This document shows positions 11,207 through 24,190 of a stretch of 64,000 bases of DNA, piece by piece. Location of the stretch: contig NC_043003.1 of NCBI RefSeq assembly GCF_006345805.1, positions 69,502,001-69,566,000 on the forward strand, in the 5' to 3' direction. Origin of the DNA: Octopus sinensis (Eukaryota). The position numbers and the translations under genes are program-made. The notes below the pieces were generated by a model. It saw nothing but the letters and a program-made list of their open reading frames with translations, ran no database searches and was not told where the DNA came from. How positions within the stretch are numbered: the stretch's first letter is position 1; each line of letters begins with the position of its first letter.

Positions 11207-14200
11207 GGTACACATAGATGTGTGTATGTGTGTGTATACCTATACAGTTGTGTGTATGTGTGTTTTATATATCAAACCTAATCATGTTTATCTGCATCAC
11301 CATCTCCATATCAGCTAACCTGGAATTTAGTCCCCAATAAAGATTCCAGAGTCCAAATCACTTGAGCACAACATTTTCTATATTGGACATCTCTAGCTCT
11401 CACCAGACTGTATCTCTGTGTGTGTGTGTGGTGTGTGTGTGTGTTTACATAGCTCACCACCACTTGACAACTAGTGTTGGTTTCATTACATCCCCCATAA
11501 CCTAGCAGTTCATCAAAAGAAATTGATAGAGTAATTACCAGGCTTTAAAAAAAAAAGGGGGATTGAAGCCAAATTGTTTGACTAAATTCGTCAACGCAGT
11601 ACCCACTGTATGGCTGCAATCCAATGACTGAAACATGTAAAAGATACCTACAAAGGTTGTTAGATGAAACACATATCCTATTTTCAAAATTCTCAATACC
11701 CTAGGGAGTTAATCTACCTGTACACTGGTGTTCAGATTTCTTTGTCAAATGTAATTCTTACTTATTCCCATTGCTTTGAATTAATCATGTCGCTTCAAGA
11801 TTTCAATGGGTGTGTTTGTAAATTCTTAGAATGACATTGTAGGGTAGGTGTGAGATGTTGGATACGGTCAATTTTAACATAAAACCAGTAGATTATTTCA
11901 GTCGGATTAACCCTTCCATTACCAACCTGGCTAAAGCTGGCTCTGAGTACAGAGTACAAATGTCTTATTTTCCTTAGTTTTGAATTAAAATCTTCCACCA
12001 AACATTGGTCACAATTTATGTTCCTAACACTAGCTGAATGATAACTAAGTTATTTTACTAAATTCTTTGTTGTATTTAAAAGTAACTGAAAGAAACACAG
12101 AAAATCTCAAAATAAATACAGTAACAAAAGGGTTAAATGTTAAAAGGTTAAATGATAAACTAATTATACACTGTTAAAATCATTAAGAAATTCTATTCAG
12201 ATCAAGGTGCTTATATAGATCTCAAGATAGTCGGACTCATAATTACAAAAGAGCTAATTAAGTAAAACTAAGCAAGTAGTTCACGAACATATTTGCTGCA
12301 AATTCTTACATATTTTGTTTTTGTCTTTATGGATAATGAAATCCTTAAATTAGTAATATAGAGTAATGGCAATTAGCTGTCAGTCATGATACCAGTTAAT
12401 TACAGTATAACTTACAACAAATAAAGTTACTTGTTCAATGCTGCTGGAGAGCTATCACAAAATATAGGTGCAGACATGGCTGTGTGGTAAGAAGCTTTCT
12501 TCCCAACCACATGGTTCAAGGTTCAGTCCCACTGCATGGCACCTTGGGCAAGTGTCTTCTACTATAGCCTCAGGCCAACCAAAGCCTTGTGAGCGGATTT
12601 GGTAGACGGAAACTGAAAGAAGCTTGTATATATGTGGGTGTGTGTAGGTGTGTAGGTTTGTGTACATGTGAGCGCATGTGTTCACACCCATGTGTGCATG
12701 CACAAGTGTGTGTGTGTGTGTATGCATGTATGTATGTATGGTGTATATATGTGTGCATGCACAAGTGTGTGTGTATATGCATACATGCTTGTGTATGTCC
12801 TCCCACCATCACCAGACAATCGATGCTCATGTGTTTATGCCCCGAAACTTAGCGGTACAGCAAAAAAAGACCAATAGAAAAAGCACTAAGCTTACAATAA
12901 ATAAGAATCGTGAGATCGATTTCTCCGACTAAAAGGCGGTGCTCCACCATGGCCACAGTCAAATGACTGAAATGAGTGAGAGAGTAAACAAATATACTTT
13001 GCACTAACAAACTCCAGTTTATGCAAGACCATGTCAACTAGCTGTCAGAAGTGATAACAGTTAATAACAGTGTAACTTACAACAAATAAAGCTACTTGTT
13101 CAATGCTGCTGGAGAACTCTCGACAAAATACAGGCACAGGCATGGCTGTGTGGTAAGAAGCTGACATACCAACTACATGCTGGAGAGCTATCGACGGAGA
13201 TAACCTTATGCCCCAAATCATACAGATGCAATAACAAGGTGATCAATGAAAGTAAAAGTAAAATTATATATTTGTATCTTTTCTCTCATGTTTGTTTTAG
13301 TCATTGGAATGTAGCCATGCTGGAGCACCACCTTGAAGGGTTTAGCCAAACAAACCAACTCCAGTACTTATCAATTTCTTTTAAAAAAAAACTATTTATG
13401 TGACGGGGGAAATGTAAACAAACCAACACGGTTGTGAAGCAGTAGGGTGCACAAACACAGACGTACACACACATTTCTACAATGGGCTTCCACAGTTTCC
13501 ATTTAGCAAATTCACTTGCCTGAGGTGTCACAGGGTTGGTCTGAACCTGAAACCATGTGGTTGCAAATGAGCTTCTTGACAATGCAGCCAAGAATAAAGT
13601 CTAAAACCAAAGTGTAGAAGACAATTTCTAAATACTAAGTAATAAAAACTATAAATACAGCTATCCAAATGTGGCGGATGCCAGTACCACTTTGACTGGC
13701 TTCCGTGCAGGTGGCACGTAAAGGGCACCATCTGATCGTGGTCTCCTCTGGCCCCTGTGTCGGTGGCACGTAAAAAGCACCCACTATACTCTCGGAATGG
13801 TTGGCATCTAGCTGTAGAAACACTGCCAGATCAGATTAGGGCCTGGTGCAGCCTCCTGGCTTCCCAGACCCCAGTCAAACCGTTAAACCATGCCAGCATG
13901 AAAAACGGACGTTAAACGATGATGATATCATGATCATAGTTTAACCCCAGGTGAAACCTTGATGAAGCCAACTGATGTTCAAAGGTAGTTCAGCCATCAT
14001 TATCCCATCTCCCCACCTCAAGTATTTTGGACTGCATCATCTAATACAGGGGTCTCCAAAAGGTCGATATTGACCCCTGGGAATCAATGGGACTATTCAA
14101 AGGGTCGATAAATGCACATCTACTTAATCATTATTATTTATTTATTTTAAGTTGGCAAGCTGGCAGAATTGTTAGCACACTGGACGAAATGCTTGGCAGT

Positions 14201-15113
14201 ATTACGTCTGCCACTACATTCCGAGTTCAAAAATCCACCGAGGTCAACTTTGTCTTTCATCTTTTCGGGGTCAATAAATTAAGTACTGGTCAAGTACTGG
14301 GGTCAATGTAATTGACTATTCTCCTCCCCACAAATTCCAGGCTTTGTGCCTATAGTATAGTTTTTTTCGCATGTCACCGGCACATGTGCCAGTAAGGCTA
14401 CACTGGCAATGACCATGATCAAATGGTGCGTTTTACATGCTACTGGCACAGGAGCCAACCAGCGGCCCTAGCAACGATCACACTTGGATGGTGCTTTTAA
14501 CATTCCACTGGCACAAGTGCCAATCAGGCGGCACAGTCATCAGCCACGTCAGCGATTTTGATTTCAATTTCGTCAACAGGTCTTCGCAAGTGATAAAATA
14601 AATCAAAGTGTCACCAAAGAAAAAGAATACATTTGATGAGTAGCAATAAGGAAAAGGATATACGGAATTATGACTGCTGATAATTGATGTTACTAAGATG
14701 AAAGAGAACAATTTAGCTTTCCATTCATTTTCTTTGACTCTTACTTATAAAGTAGAAAATGCACACCAAATACAACTGGCACTCCATCAGTTATGATAAT
14801 GAGCATTCCAGTCGAGAAATGAACATGCAAATGGCTAAGCACTCCACACGAGTGTGTGTACAGTTAATTAGTTCTAAGGGAGGTTCAGCATGACCCGAAT
14901 GTGACAAGATTGGCCATTTGAAACACATGTACTTACATTTGCCAGTTGAGTCGACTGGAGTAATGTGAAATAAAGTATCTTGCTTACGGATACAGTGCAC
15001 CACCAGGAATCGAACTCATGATTTTATAATCATGAACCAAATACATCAAGCACTAAGCCACGCACCTTATAAGGATATAAAATGTACAGTATACACCGAC
15101 AAAAATTATAATA

Positions 15114-15218
15114 CAAGGGGGTGTATGACAAGTTTTGAGCCTTGAAGTCTTGTACCTTCATCAGGAGTCTTGTACCATGTTTTTTCTTTGAGGCTCAAGA
15201 CTTTTCATACACCCCTCG
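15114..15218. mobile_element. Tiny mariner-type MITE (105 bp)
   Basis: TA|caagggggtgtatgacaagttttgagcc...ggctcaagacttttcatacacccctcg|TA: ~30-bp imperfect TIRs with a TA duplication. Confidence 0.7.
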
Positions 15219-15738
15219 TAATTAGATAAAAACAGTAAAGTAGATTTTTTTAAATATCTAACCCTAACCCTGATAAAGTAACAACTACCGAATCTTCAAT
15301 AAAACCCCAGAGAAAGATTTTTATAGATATTTTCCTTCATTATTTGTAATTGAGAAAAAAGGTTAACATTCTCTCCAATAAACCGGATTTTGCCTAAATA
15401 CCAATTTCATGGTTTAAATAAATGGGTTTGCTTTATTTAAGTATCTCAAAAACAGCTCAAATCCACTAGAAAAGTAAATATCTTAACTGGCATTCAGGTG
15501 TGTTTAGTTGAGTCAACTTCTATTTGTAAATAACTTTTGCTGAGATTTTTGTTCAATGATTAATCAAATCTTTATATTTTCTGAGTTTTTTTCATCAAGT
15601 ATTTTAAATATAAATCAAATTTATACAAGTGCCGATTCAGAACAATCTTTTCCTTTAAGAGAATTCTGGTTTTCCTTTCAAGTTTCCTTTAAAACTTCAT
15701 CAATTTGTTTCACTTAAGACTTGTAATTGCATTATTGT

Positions 15739-15899
15739 TTAGTTTCAGGTCAAGCTTGATCTAGCAGGCCTCATGTTCTTATTTAGTTTCAGGTCAAGCT
15801 TGATCTATCAGGCCATGTGTTGTTGATTAGTTTCAGGTCAGGCTTGATCTATCAGGCCTTGCCTTGTTTAATTTCAGGTCAGGCTTGATCTAGCAGGCC
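15739..15899 (+). repeat. Four-unit tandem array (period 44, 44, 41 bp)
   Basis: Conserved tttcaggtca(a/g)gcttgatcta(g/t)caggcc separated by variable T-rich linkers. Confidence 0.9.
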
Positions 15900-17721
15900 T
15901 TCAATCAAAGAGATTTCAATTGTGATCACCTAAGGCTTTTTTGTATATTACTTGTGACATTCTTATTCCTTTTAAGACAGCAGGACGTGAAATGAGAAAG
16001 ATTCAGGTCATTCAAACAGGAAGTCAGTAAAGAGATATGCTGTCAAGACCACCATCATCATTACCATGGAGCGTAACTGACTGGGATCATATTACCTCTG
16101 AACAAGACATAGAAGGGTTATTTGTTTACAGCTGGATGGCCTGGGACAATGAGAAATGAAGTGTTTTGCACCACCCAGTCCAAGAACTGAATCATGATTC
16201 ACAAGATTGTGAGTGTAGCATCTGAACCACTAGGCTATGCCTCTCCCTTGTTAAGACCACTGCCTCTAAAATCCCTTTAGTAAATGGATTTTTGGCCAGG
16301 TTCAACAATATTATAGTTTTTCAATCAACCAAATAACTAGTTAGTGTAAGTGGCTGAGTATTCCTTGGGCAAAAATTCAACTTGACATGGTTAACCCCTT
16401 TCGATTACAAGCACAGTCCTCTGACAGGTTTTCACATGATCTTCATCAACCTAATTTCAATTATGAGCATTGGGATGAGTCAAACCTATAGTAGAAGACA
16501 CCTGCCCAAGACAAACACAAATTATAGTCATTCCAAAACAATTTATAAAATACAATCTCTTTATTTATGTCCATGTAGGCTAAAGGTGAGGCCTGTTCAA
16601 ATGTACAGACAGGTTATTATCAGTGATAAAAATACTAAGAACATAAATCATTGGAAGTTGATTATTTTTTTCCCATAGAATACAGTGTGAACATTCAGAC
16701 AATCACTATCTTTCCAAATCCTATTGCATTCTTCAAAAGTTGTCTTGGTGGAAAAAGTTGACCTACCTTTTTTTTTTTTTTTTTGCTGTAAAATTAGGTC
16801 TGAAAAATTCAACTTGTATATCAAAAAATATGGTAATGTCCTCCAATAAAAGTTTAATTTTGACTATTAAAAATTGTATTTGCCTTATTCATCAGGTATT
16901 TTAGCAAATGCCATTAGAAAAACATAAGATATATTTCCTATACTTTAAAGAAATATGAATCTTTGTACAAGTGTTTTATAAATTGTATGAGAAGTCTTGT
17001 TTGTAAGCAGCTGACTCACTGAGTAAATACTACTCCACTAGAGGGGAAACCACCCACATGTGACAAACTATCGACAAAATGAAAATGTTTACAATAGCAG
17101 AAGAATGTGTCTGAGTAACAAAACTATTCAACCATTCGTTACTCAAACAAACATGAATCTGAAGATATGTTTCAACTGAATTCACTAAGAAAATATATTT
17201 AAATAAAATATAGTGTCAGAATACTTTTTGTAACCATAAATATATGAGGAAAGCAACTACATCATTGAAAAATTATGTTATCAAAGTGATAGATTATACC
17301 AGAAAGCAAGCCTTTTTTTTTCCCCCCTTTTTCTTTTCTTTGTTTTGCTGCTACCTTCATCATGCATCAAGTTTACCTAGAGCATTATTGATTTCTAATT
17401 GAGTGTATATAGGACCCAGTATCTCTATGGAACTGCAACCAATAAGAACTGATATATCTCAGTACTGTAAGCACATGAGGCATTCATCAATTTCCCAGTG
17501 CTGTTGCTGCTTACAACAGCAAATTGTTCTTTTACTGCAAAGCATTTAATATGAATGCTTCCTTATTTCCAAAGAGGCTGGTGTTTATTTGCCTCGAGTT
17601 TCAAGTATGAAATAAACGAGTCATTAAGCTCTCCATGAATTCAACACAAACTTCAGTCTATTCAAGCGACATTCCTAAAGGATCTGTAACATATTCTTCA
17701 CAAATAAATTAACTATAGTTA

Positions 17722-18676
17722 AGGAAATGACCAGAGACCGAGACCTATGGAAGTATGCTGTGCGTCAGAAGACCCGGCAAGACCAGTGAGAACAATCAAA
17801 ATCAAATCATATATCAGAAAGCAGGGGTTAAGTGACCCATCCGTTCGTGTCCGCTGTCAGCCTCGTCTGGCACCCGTGTCGGTGATACGTAAAAGCACCA
17901 TTCGCTCGTGGCCGTTTGCCAGCTCTGTCTGGCCCCCGTGTCGGTGGCACGTAAAAGCACCATCCGTTCGTGTTCGTTGCCAGCCTCGCCTGGCTCCGTG
18001 CCAGTGACACGTAAAAGCACCGTCCGTTCGTGGCCGTTTGCCAGCTCTGTCTGGCAACCGTGTCGGTGGCACGTAAAAGCACCATCCGTTCGTGTCCGTT
18101 GCCAGCCTCGGCTGGCCCCCGTGCCAGTGACACATAAAAGCACCGTCCGTTCGTGGCCGTTTGCCAGCTCTGTCTGACAACCGTGTCGGTGGCACGTAAA
18201 AGCACCATCCGTTCGTGTCCGTTGCCAGCCTCGGCTGGCCCCCGTGCCGGTGACACGTAAAAGCACCGTCCGTTCGTGGCCGTTTGCCAGCTCTGTCTGG
18301 CCCCGTGTCGGTGGCACGTAAAAGCACCGTCCGTTCATGGCCGTTTGCCAGCTCTGTCTGGCCCCGTGTCGGTGGCACGTAAAAGCACCATCCGTTCGTG
18401 TCCGTTGCCAGCATCGCCTGGCCCCGTGCCGGTGACACGTAAAAGCACCATCCGTTCGTGGCCGTTTGCCAGCTCTGTCTGGCACCTGTGCAGGTGGCAC
18501 GTAAAAAACACCCACTACACTCGCAGAGTGGTTGGCGTTAGGAAGGGCATCCAGCCGTAGAAACACTGCCAGATCTGACTGGGCCTGACGAAGCTTTCCA
18601 GCTTCACAGACCCCAGTTGACCCATCCAACCCATGCTAGCATGGAAAGCGGACGCTAAATGATGATGATGATGATG
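17722..18676 (+). mobile_element. Young 5'-truncated RTE-clade LINE: last 21 codons, 3' UTR with a ~61-bp tandem array, and a (GAT)n tail
   Basis: 17724-17789 encodes EMTRDRDLWKYAVRQKTRQDQ* (RTE-type DR..W C-terminus). It carries the conserved ggcgttaggaagggcatccagcc tail and (GAT)n. Near-TSD atagtta (17715-17721) / atagtca (18677-18683). CpGs are retained. Confidence 0.8.
17833..18500 (+). repeat. GC-rich minisatellite of 11 units of ~60-62 bp inside the RTE 3' UTR
   Basis: Each unit ends gt(g)(g/a)cacgtaaaagcacc. Two unit types occur in the order A B A B A B A B B A B. Confidence 0.95.
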
Positions 18677-20782
18677 ATAGTCACAGGTATGACTGTGTAG
18701 TACATGGTTCCAGGTTCAATCCCACTGCATGGCATCTGGTGTGTGTGTGTTTGTATATCCCATACAACCAGTGTTGGTATATTTACATCCCCATAACTTA
18801 GTAGTTCGGCAAAGATGATTGATAGAATAATTACCACACTTAAAAGGAAAAAAAGTACTGAGATCAATTCATTCAACTAAAAATTCAAGGTGGTGCCCCA
18901 GCATGGCCATAGTCTAATGACTGAAACGAGTAAAAGATAAGATGCATAATCTTTTCTCATCTAGGCACAATACCTGAAATTTCAGAGGATGGGGGCTAGT
19001 TGATTAGATCAACCTCAGTACACAACTGGTACTTAATTTATCGACCCTGAAAGGATGACAGGCAAAGTTGACCTCAGTGAAATTTGAACTCAGAACATAA
19101 AGACACAAAATACTGCTAAGCATTTTGCCCAGTGTGCTAACGTTTCTGCCAGCTCACGGCCTTAAGATACATAATAAAATAATGAAAGTCTCTCACAGTG
19201 GAATTCACTGTCAGCTGATCGTCTAATACTATTTCAGCTTTCACTTTCATTATCTGTCTACTTATATAAGTGAAGTGAACCATGAAAACAAATAAGTGAG
19301 GACACCTAAGCGAGTGTTGACAAAATGAACTGCAAACACCTGCATTATTAACAGAAGAAAACAAAATCAACAAATAAACATTAATGAATAAATATCAAAT
19401 AAATTTATAGACAAATAAACAAACAGTGGAAGACTTCTTTTTTAAAGAAATAAGTAAACAAACTTGACAGTAATTAAGAAATTCAAAAAGAAAAAAAAAC
19501 ACCGTAAAATAAACCATTGTCATTTAAACATCCACTTTTCTATGCTTGGTTGGGTTGGATAGAGTTTATTGAGGAGGATTTTGTTTTACAGCTGGATACC
19601 CTTGCTGTAATCAACCCTTACCCATTTCGAAGCAAGGTAATAAGATAGGTTCCTGCAGATTATTGGAAATGAATGTCACTCATTTCCAACAATATTGCAA
19701 TATGAAGAAAAGGAGACACAAACACTCATCCGTTCATTCATACATACACACATCCACACCAACACATACACATCCACACCAATACACACGCACATGCATG
19801 CATACGTGCACACACATCCACACCAATACACACACACACACACACATACACATACACAATGGGCTTTTTTCAATTTCTGTCTACCAAATCCACTTACAAG
19901 GGTTACATTGACTTGGGGTTATAGTAAAAGACACTTGCTCAAAGTGCTACACAGCAGGATTGAACCTGAAACAATGTTGTTGACTAGCAAACTTCTCAAC
20001 CACACAGCCATGCTTGAACCTTATGGAGACAATTTCGTCTTCACAAAGTGAATGAAAATAATTCACTTTCTTTTGATAAACATCACAGGAAAATCTCATT
20101 TGTTACAGGTCTCCTTAAAGACAGGTAATTTTGTTGGAAACAGAGGACATATAGCATTTCTACTGAAAAGCTTAACACCAACCATGTCTTATATTTTTAT
20201 ATCTTCTATATTTAAAGAGAATGACAAAACCAATTATAAAAACACAATTTTGTTGAAACAAATAAATAGGTTATAAAATAACAAATATGAAGATAAATAA
20301 CTTCATCAAAGCAGATTGTATTTTAGACAATAAATGAATAAATTATGCTCTGTTGTAGCTACAGAGTTTATACTCTTAAAGGTATTCCATAATGCAATTA
20401 CAGAACTCCACTGAAGCCCAGCAGATTTCTTATCTAAGCCATTCCACTGTTATCTCCAACTGCACTCCAAGTGGTTGCTTCACAGTATATTTTTAGATAT
20501 TGTGCAGGTCTTTAAAGACCTAGGGTTAAGTTTATCGTTGAAGGTGGTGAGCTGACAGAGTTGTCAGATTATTGGATCAAACGTCTTGTAAGTATTTGAT
20601 CTGGGTCTTTACATTCTGAGTTCAAATCCAGCTGAGGCTCAACTTCACTTTTCGTCATTTCAGAGTCAATAGTCAAGGCAGAATTCTTGGAGTATTGGAT
20701 GGGATAGTTTTCAGTATTTATTCTGGCTGTGTCTGTGTTTTGAACCCAAAATCCTATCCTCTTTTGGTATTTTTGTTTTCCT

Positions 20783-20785
<3 letters not shown>

Positions 20786-20826
<41 letters not shown>

Positions 20827-20833
20827 TATATAT
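20786..20833. repeat. (TA)n microsatellite. Many other (TA)n, (CA)n and (CAT)n tracts occur, mostly SINE or RTE parts
   Basis: Seen directly in the sequence. Confidence 0.95.
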
Positions 20834-21214
20834 ATTATTTTTCCTTTCACTGATTAAAATATGTGTTCATCCATGTATCAAAAATGTTGCTGTGGATACC
20901 ATTTATTTCCTGTTTATGCTATTTAGAAATTGCTATGCAAGAAGAACGATGATAATTTTATATCAAGCAATTATATGCTAAAAAAAAAAATTTATAAAAA
21001 AACATTTGAATTTTACACTAACAAAAAAAATGTACAATTTAAATTTTCAGCACCACTCACTATATACAAGCAGATTCTCTATTCCAAGAATGTTGCTCCA
21101 ATTCTAAATGCAAATATTTCTTAGTTATTGTGAGAATCTTGGAAATATTAATTTTTTGATGCATTGCAATGTATAAATCTTATTTGGAAACCAGATGAAG
21201 TCTAACCAGGAATC

Positions 21215-21360
21215 AGTAGTGGTAGTAGTAGCAGCAGCAGTAATGATAGTAGCAATAGTAGTAACAGTAGTAATAGTTGTATTGGTATTGGTGGTAGTGA
21301 TAGTGGTGGTGGTGGCGGTGGTAGCAGTGGTAGTAGTAGTGCGGTGGTAGTAACAACAAC
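21215..21360 (+). repeat. Degenerate (RGT)n trinucleotide low-complexity tract
   Basis: Runs of gta/gtg/gca; this explains the poly-Thr ORF in the track. Confidence 0.9.
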
Positions 21361-21899
21361 TCATGAGATTATTTTGCAAGGATAACAGAACCAGCTCTGA
21401 TCTCTTACTGGGCCACTGACCAGGGTTAAGTTTTTTGAAAAGAAACTAGGATTTTACAAGTAATATGTGACATTCAGGCATGGCTGTGTGACCGAGAAGC
21501 TTGCTTCCCAATCATGTGGTCTTAGGTTCAGTCCCACTATGTGGCACTGTGGACAAGTGTCATCTAGCGTAGCCCCGGCTGACAAATACATTTGAGTGAA
21601 TTTGGTAGACAGAAACAGAAAGAAGCCCATCGTGTGTGTGTGTATCTTGTCTGGAGATCATGTGATAGTTGTAAATGTCACTGTCATACAAGCAGTGTCA
21701 TTTGTTTCCTTATTCTGTGAAAACATGTCTGGCCATGGGGAAATACCTGGCTTGGGAACAGGTAAGGGATGGCAACAGGAAAGACATCTGCCACAAAGAA
21801 ACTCCATTTGACCCATGCAAGCCTGCAAAAGTGAGTATTAGAATAAAATTAAATGAAAAGTGTGTGTGTGTGTGCGTGTGTGTGTGTGTGCATGTTGTG

Positions 21900-22128
21900 C
21901 GTATTTTAGACATCACATGATGGTTGTAAATGAGCACCATCATCATACAAACAAGATTGTTAATCTCCAGTCTTTTGTGAAATGCATGACTGGCCATGGG
22001 GAACTATTACCTTGCTTGGAAACCGGTGAGTGTTTGTGACAGGTAGGGCATCCAGCTGTAGAAATTCTGTCTCGACAAATTCCATCCAACCAATGCAAGC
22101 ACAGAAAAGTGGACATTGATGACGATAC
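21900..22128 (+). mobile_element. SINE 3' part with an RTE-like tail (family H). Similar pieces at 1-100, 8570-8790, 19530-19680(-), 21650-21830, 29380-29640, 37610-37790, 41300-41480, 53790-54005, 58690-58830(-)
   Basis: ggccatgggga...accttgcttggaaac.ggtgag...aagggcatccagctgtagaaa.tctg...acccatgcaagcatggaaaagtggac, followed by (gat)n. Confidence 0.7.
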
Positions 22129-23079
22129 CTTTCTCAAGGTTCTTAATAATGCATTTGAAACAAAATATTTCCAACAAATCGTTTAATAAACTTTTGAGTT
22201 CTACACTTGCTTTGCCTGAAAAATATCCCACCGACTTGTTTACTTTCAGAGTGAACACAACGTAAGGTTAATTCTTCAGTTATGTAAACTTTATTATTTG
22301 ACAGACAGTAAGAAGAGAATAGCAATCTTTAAAAACAAGAGGATTAATGCTGTTCTAGCAAGCAGATAGTAAGTAAATAAATAAAAGCTGTAATTGCATA
22401 TCTGTCAAACTAATAGCATTCACACCAACAATAATGGATTATCAAAGAGAATAATTTGACTTGTAAGATTTAAGAGTTTCAACAAAGGAAACGGTGACAA
22501 TCACTAAATTTGATAAGAGATTTTAAAGAAACCTGCTTATATTAACAGCTACAGGAATATATCTTAACAAGCAAACAGAGCAGATTTTTAGAGCAAGAAA
22601 AAAAAATCAATGAATGAGTGAACAGAACGTGAAAATTTCAGGAAGATTGATCAGCATTATTAATAGTTATTGGCAGTTCACCTTAACATGTATAAACATA
22701 TGAGAAAATATATAAATGCATGTATAAGTAGAAGCATTCCAGATTGCATTTGATCAATACTATGCAAGAATTGGTCACCTCTAAAGTATAGTGATAGTGA
22801 CTGCGCAGGACTGATTAACAGTATTGAGATTGATAATGTATAAGGATGATTCACTGAAGGTTAGTTTAATGTTGTGGATTAATGTTTTAATGGGACTGAT
22901 GATGGTATAGAAGGAAACTGAAACGAAGCTACAGTGCGCAGCGTAAAGCCACTTGGCAAAGATTGACCTTGAACTCTGCTGTGCATGCGCACTAAGTTTT
23001 AATGTTCTAGTTTACTTCTGTTGTTTACAGCAATGCTTGGTAGGAAGGTGTGTAGGCGTGTGATTGTCGCATTCATCCG

Positions 23080-23230
23080 TGAGTTATCAGATTATTACAA
23101 TTCAGTCTATTTTCACTGAAGATTTGGGTATGAGACACATGTCTGCCAAGTTTGTGCCAAAACTGCTTTCAGCTGACCAAAAAGGAACTCAGGTTTCACT
23201 TGAATAAGATCTCCTTGTGTCAAGAACACT
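23080..23230 (+). pseudogene. Degraded mariner transposase fragment
   Basis: Encodes SIFTEDLGMRHMSAKFVPKLLSADQKG, matching the mariner ..LGMR..SA(R/K)(W/F)VP(K/R)LL motif. Stops follow. Confidence 0.65.
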
Positions 23231-24104
23231 ATGAAAACTTTGCATAGGCCTCTGAGCAGGTATCGCCAAGCTTTTGGCAAAATTCGATGCAGATTCTCTG
23301 CTCAGCTTTCTCTGTCATGGTCAAAGTGACGATTACATGCTACACACCTTCCTTCCTTGGATATAACTGTGATGTTTGATGGAGTTATAAGAAATGTAAA
23401 CAGTGAATATGAAACACCTGCCATAATTTTAGAAATGTCTGGCAGATGATCAGCTGGATCATTCTCTTATTTTTTATTTGTTTTAGTCACTGGACTGTGG
23501 CCATGCTGGGGCACCGCCTTTAGGGGTTTGGTTAAACAAATCAACAGCAGTACTGACTTTTTAAAATTTGGCACTTATTCTATCAAACTCTTTTGCCAAA
23601 CTGTTAAGTTATGGGAATGTAAGCAAACCAACACTTGATGTCAAGTGGCATAAGAGACATAAACACAAAGACACACATAGTGTGTGTGTGTGTGTGTGTG
23701 AGTGAGAGAGAGACTCGCAACTCTGCAGGAACACATACAAAGCACTGTTCAACTAGGAGGCCACAGTAGGAATTACATGCCCAAGGTACCATGCTATGTG
23801 AGTAAACCTGAAATCACATGGTTGCAAAGCAAGCTTCTTATACACACAGCACTACTGCCAGCACTGTTAAGATTAAAACCAAATATTGATACCAGTTGAA
23901 AACCTATTGCAGAATCTATTGTTCCCCATCTTCCAAAGAGAAAAAGGAATTGATTAAATATTTTAATGAAACAGCTCACGCAAATTTTAGATAATATTTT
24001 TAAGATGCTTAGCAACTTGATACAAATGGAGCCTAAAAGTAATTTAGATCTGGCATTCATCAATATGTAATTAATCTGCTTCCAATATTTTCAAAATTGT
24101 ATCT

Positions 24105-24190
24105 TAAATTTGTTTATTCAATATTTACCGAATCTATTCTCAAGTTCGTTAACTGTCCTTGATTTGATGACCTCGTTCCAGTCACCTTGA
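24105..24190 (-). pseudogene. Very degraded CR1/L2-type ORF2 C-terminus
   Basis: Minus strand encodes DWNEVIKSRTVNELENRFGKY*, resembling WN.LP..VV.A.TVN.FK.RLD. Confidence 0.4.

Noticed and set aside
15258-15272. ctaaccctaaccctg telomere-like repeat
   Set aside because: Only two units, too short to call interstitial telomeric sequence.
17814-18629. Long ORFs (271, 193 and 142 aa) and the CRISPR-like look of the 61-bp array
   Set aside because: The frames stay open because the GC-rich unit lacks stops, and they lie antisense in an RTE 3' UTR. The inter-repeat parts are homologous to each other rather than unique spacers, and there are no cas genes.
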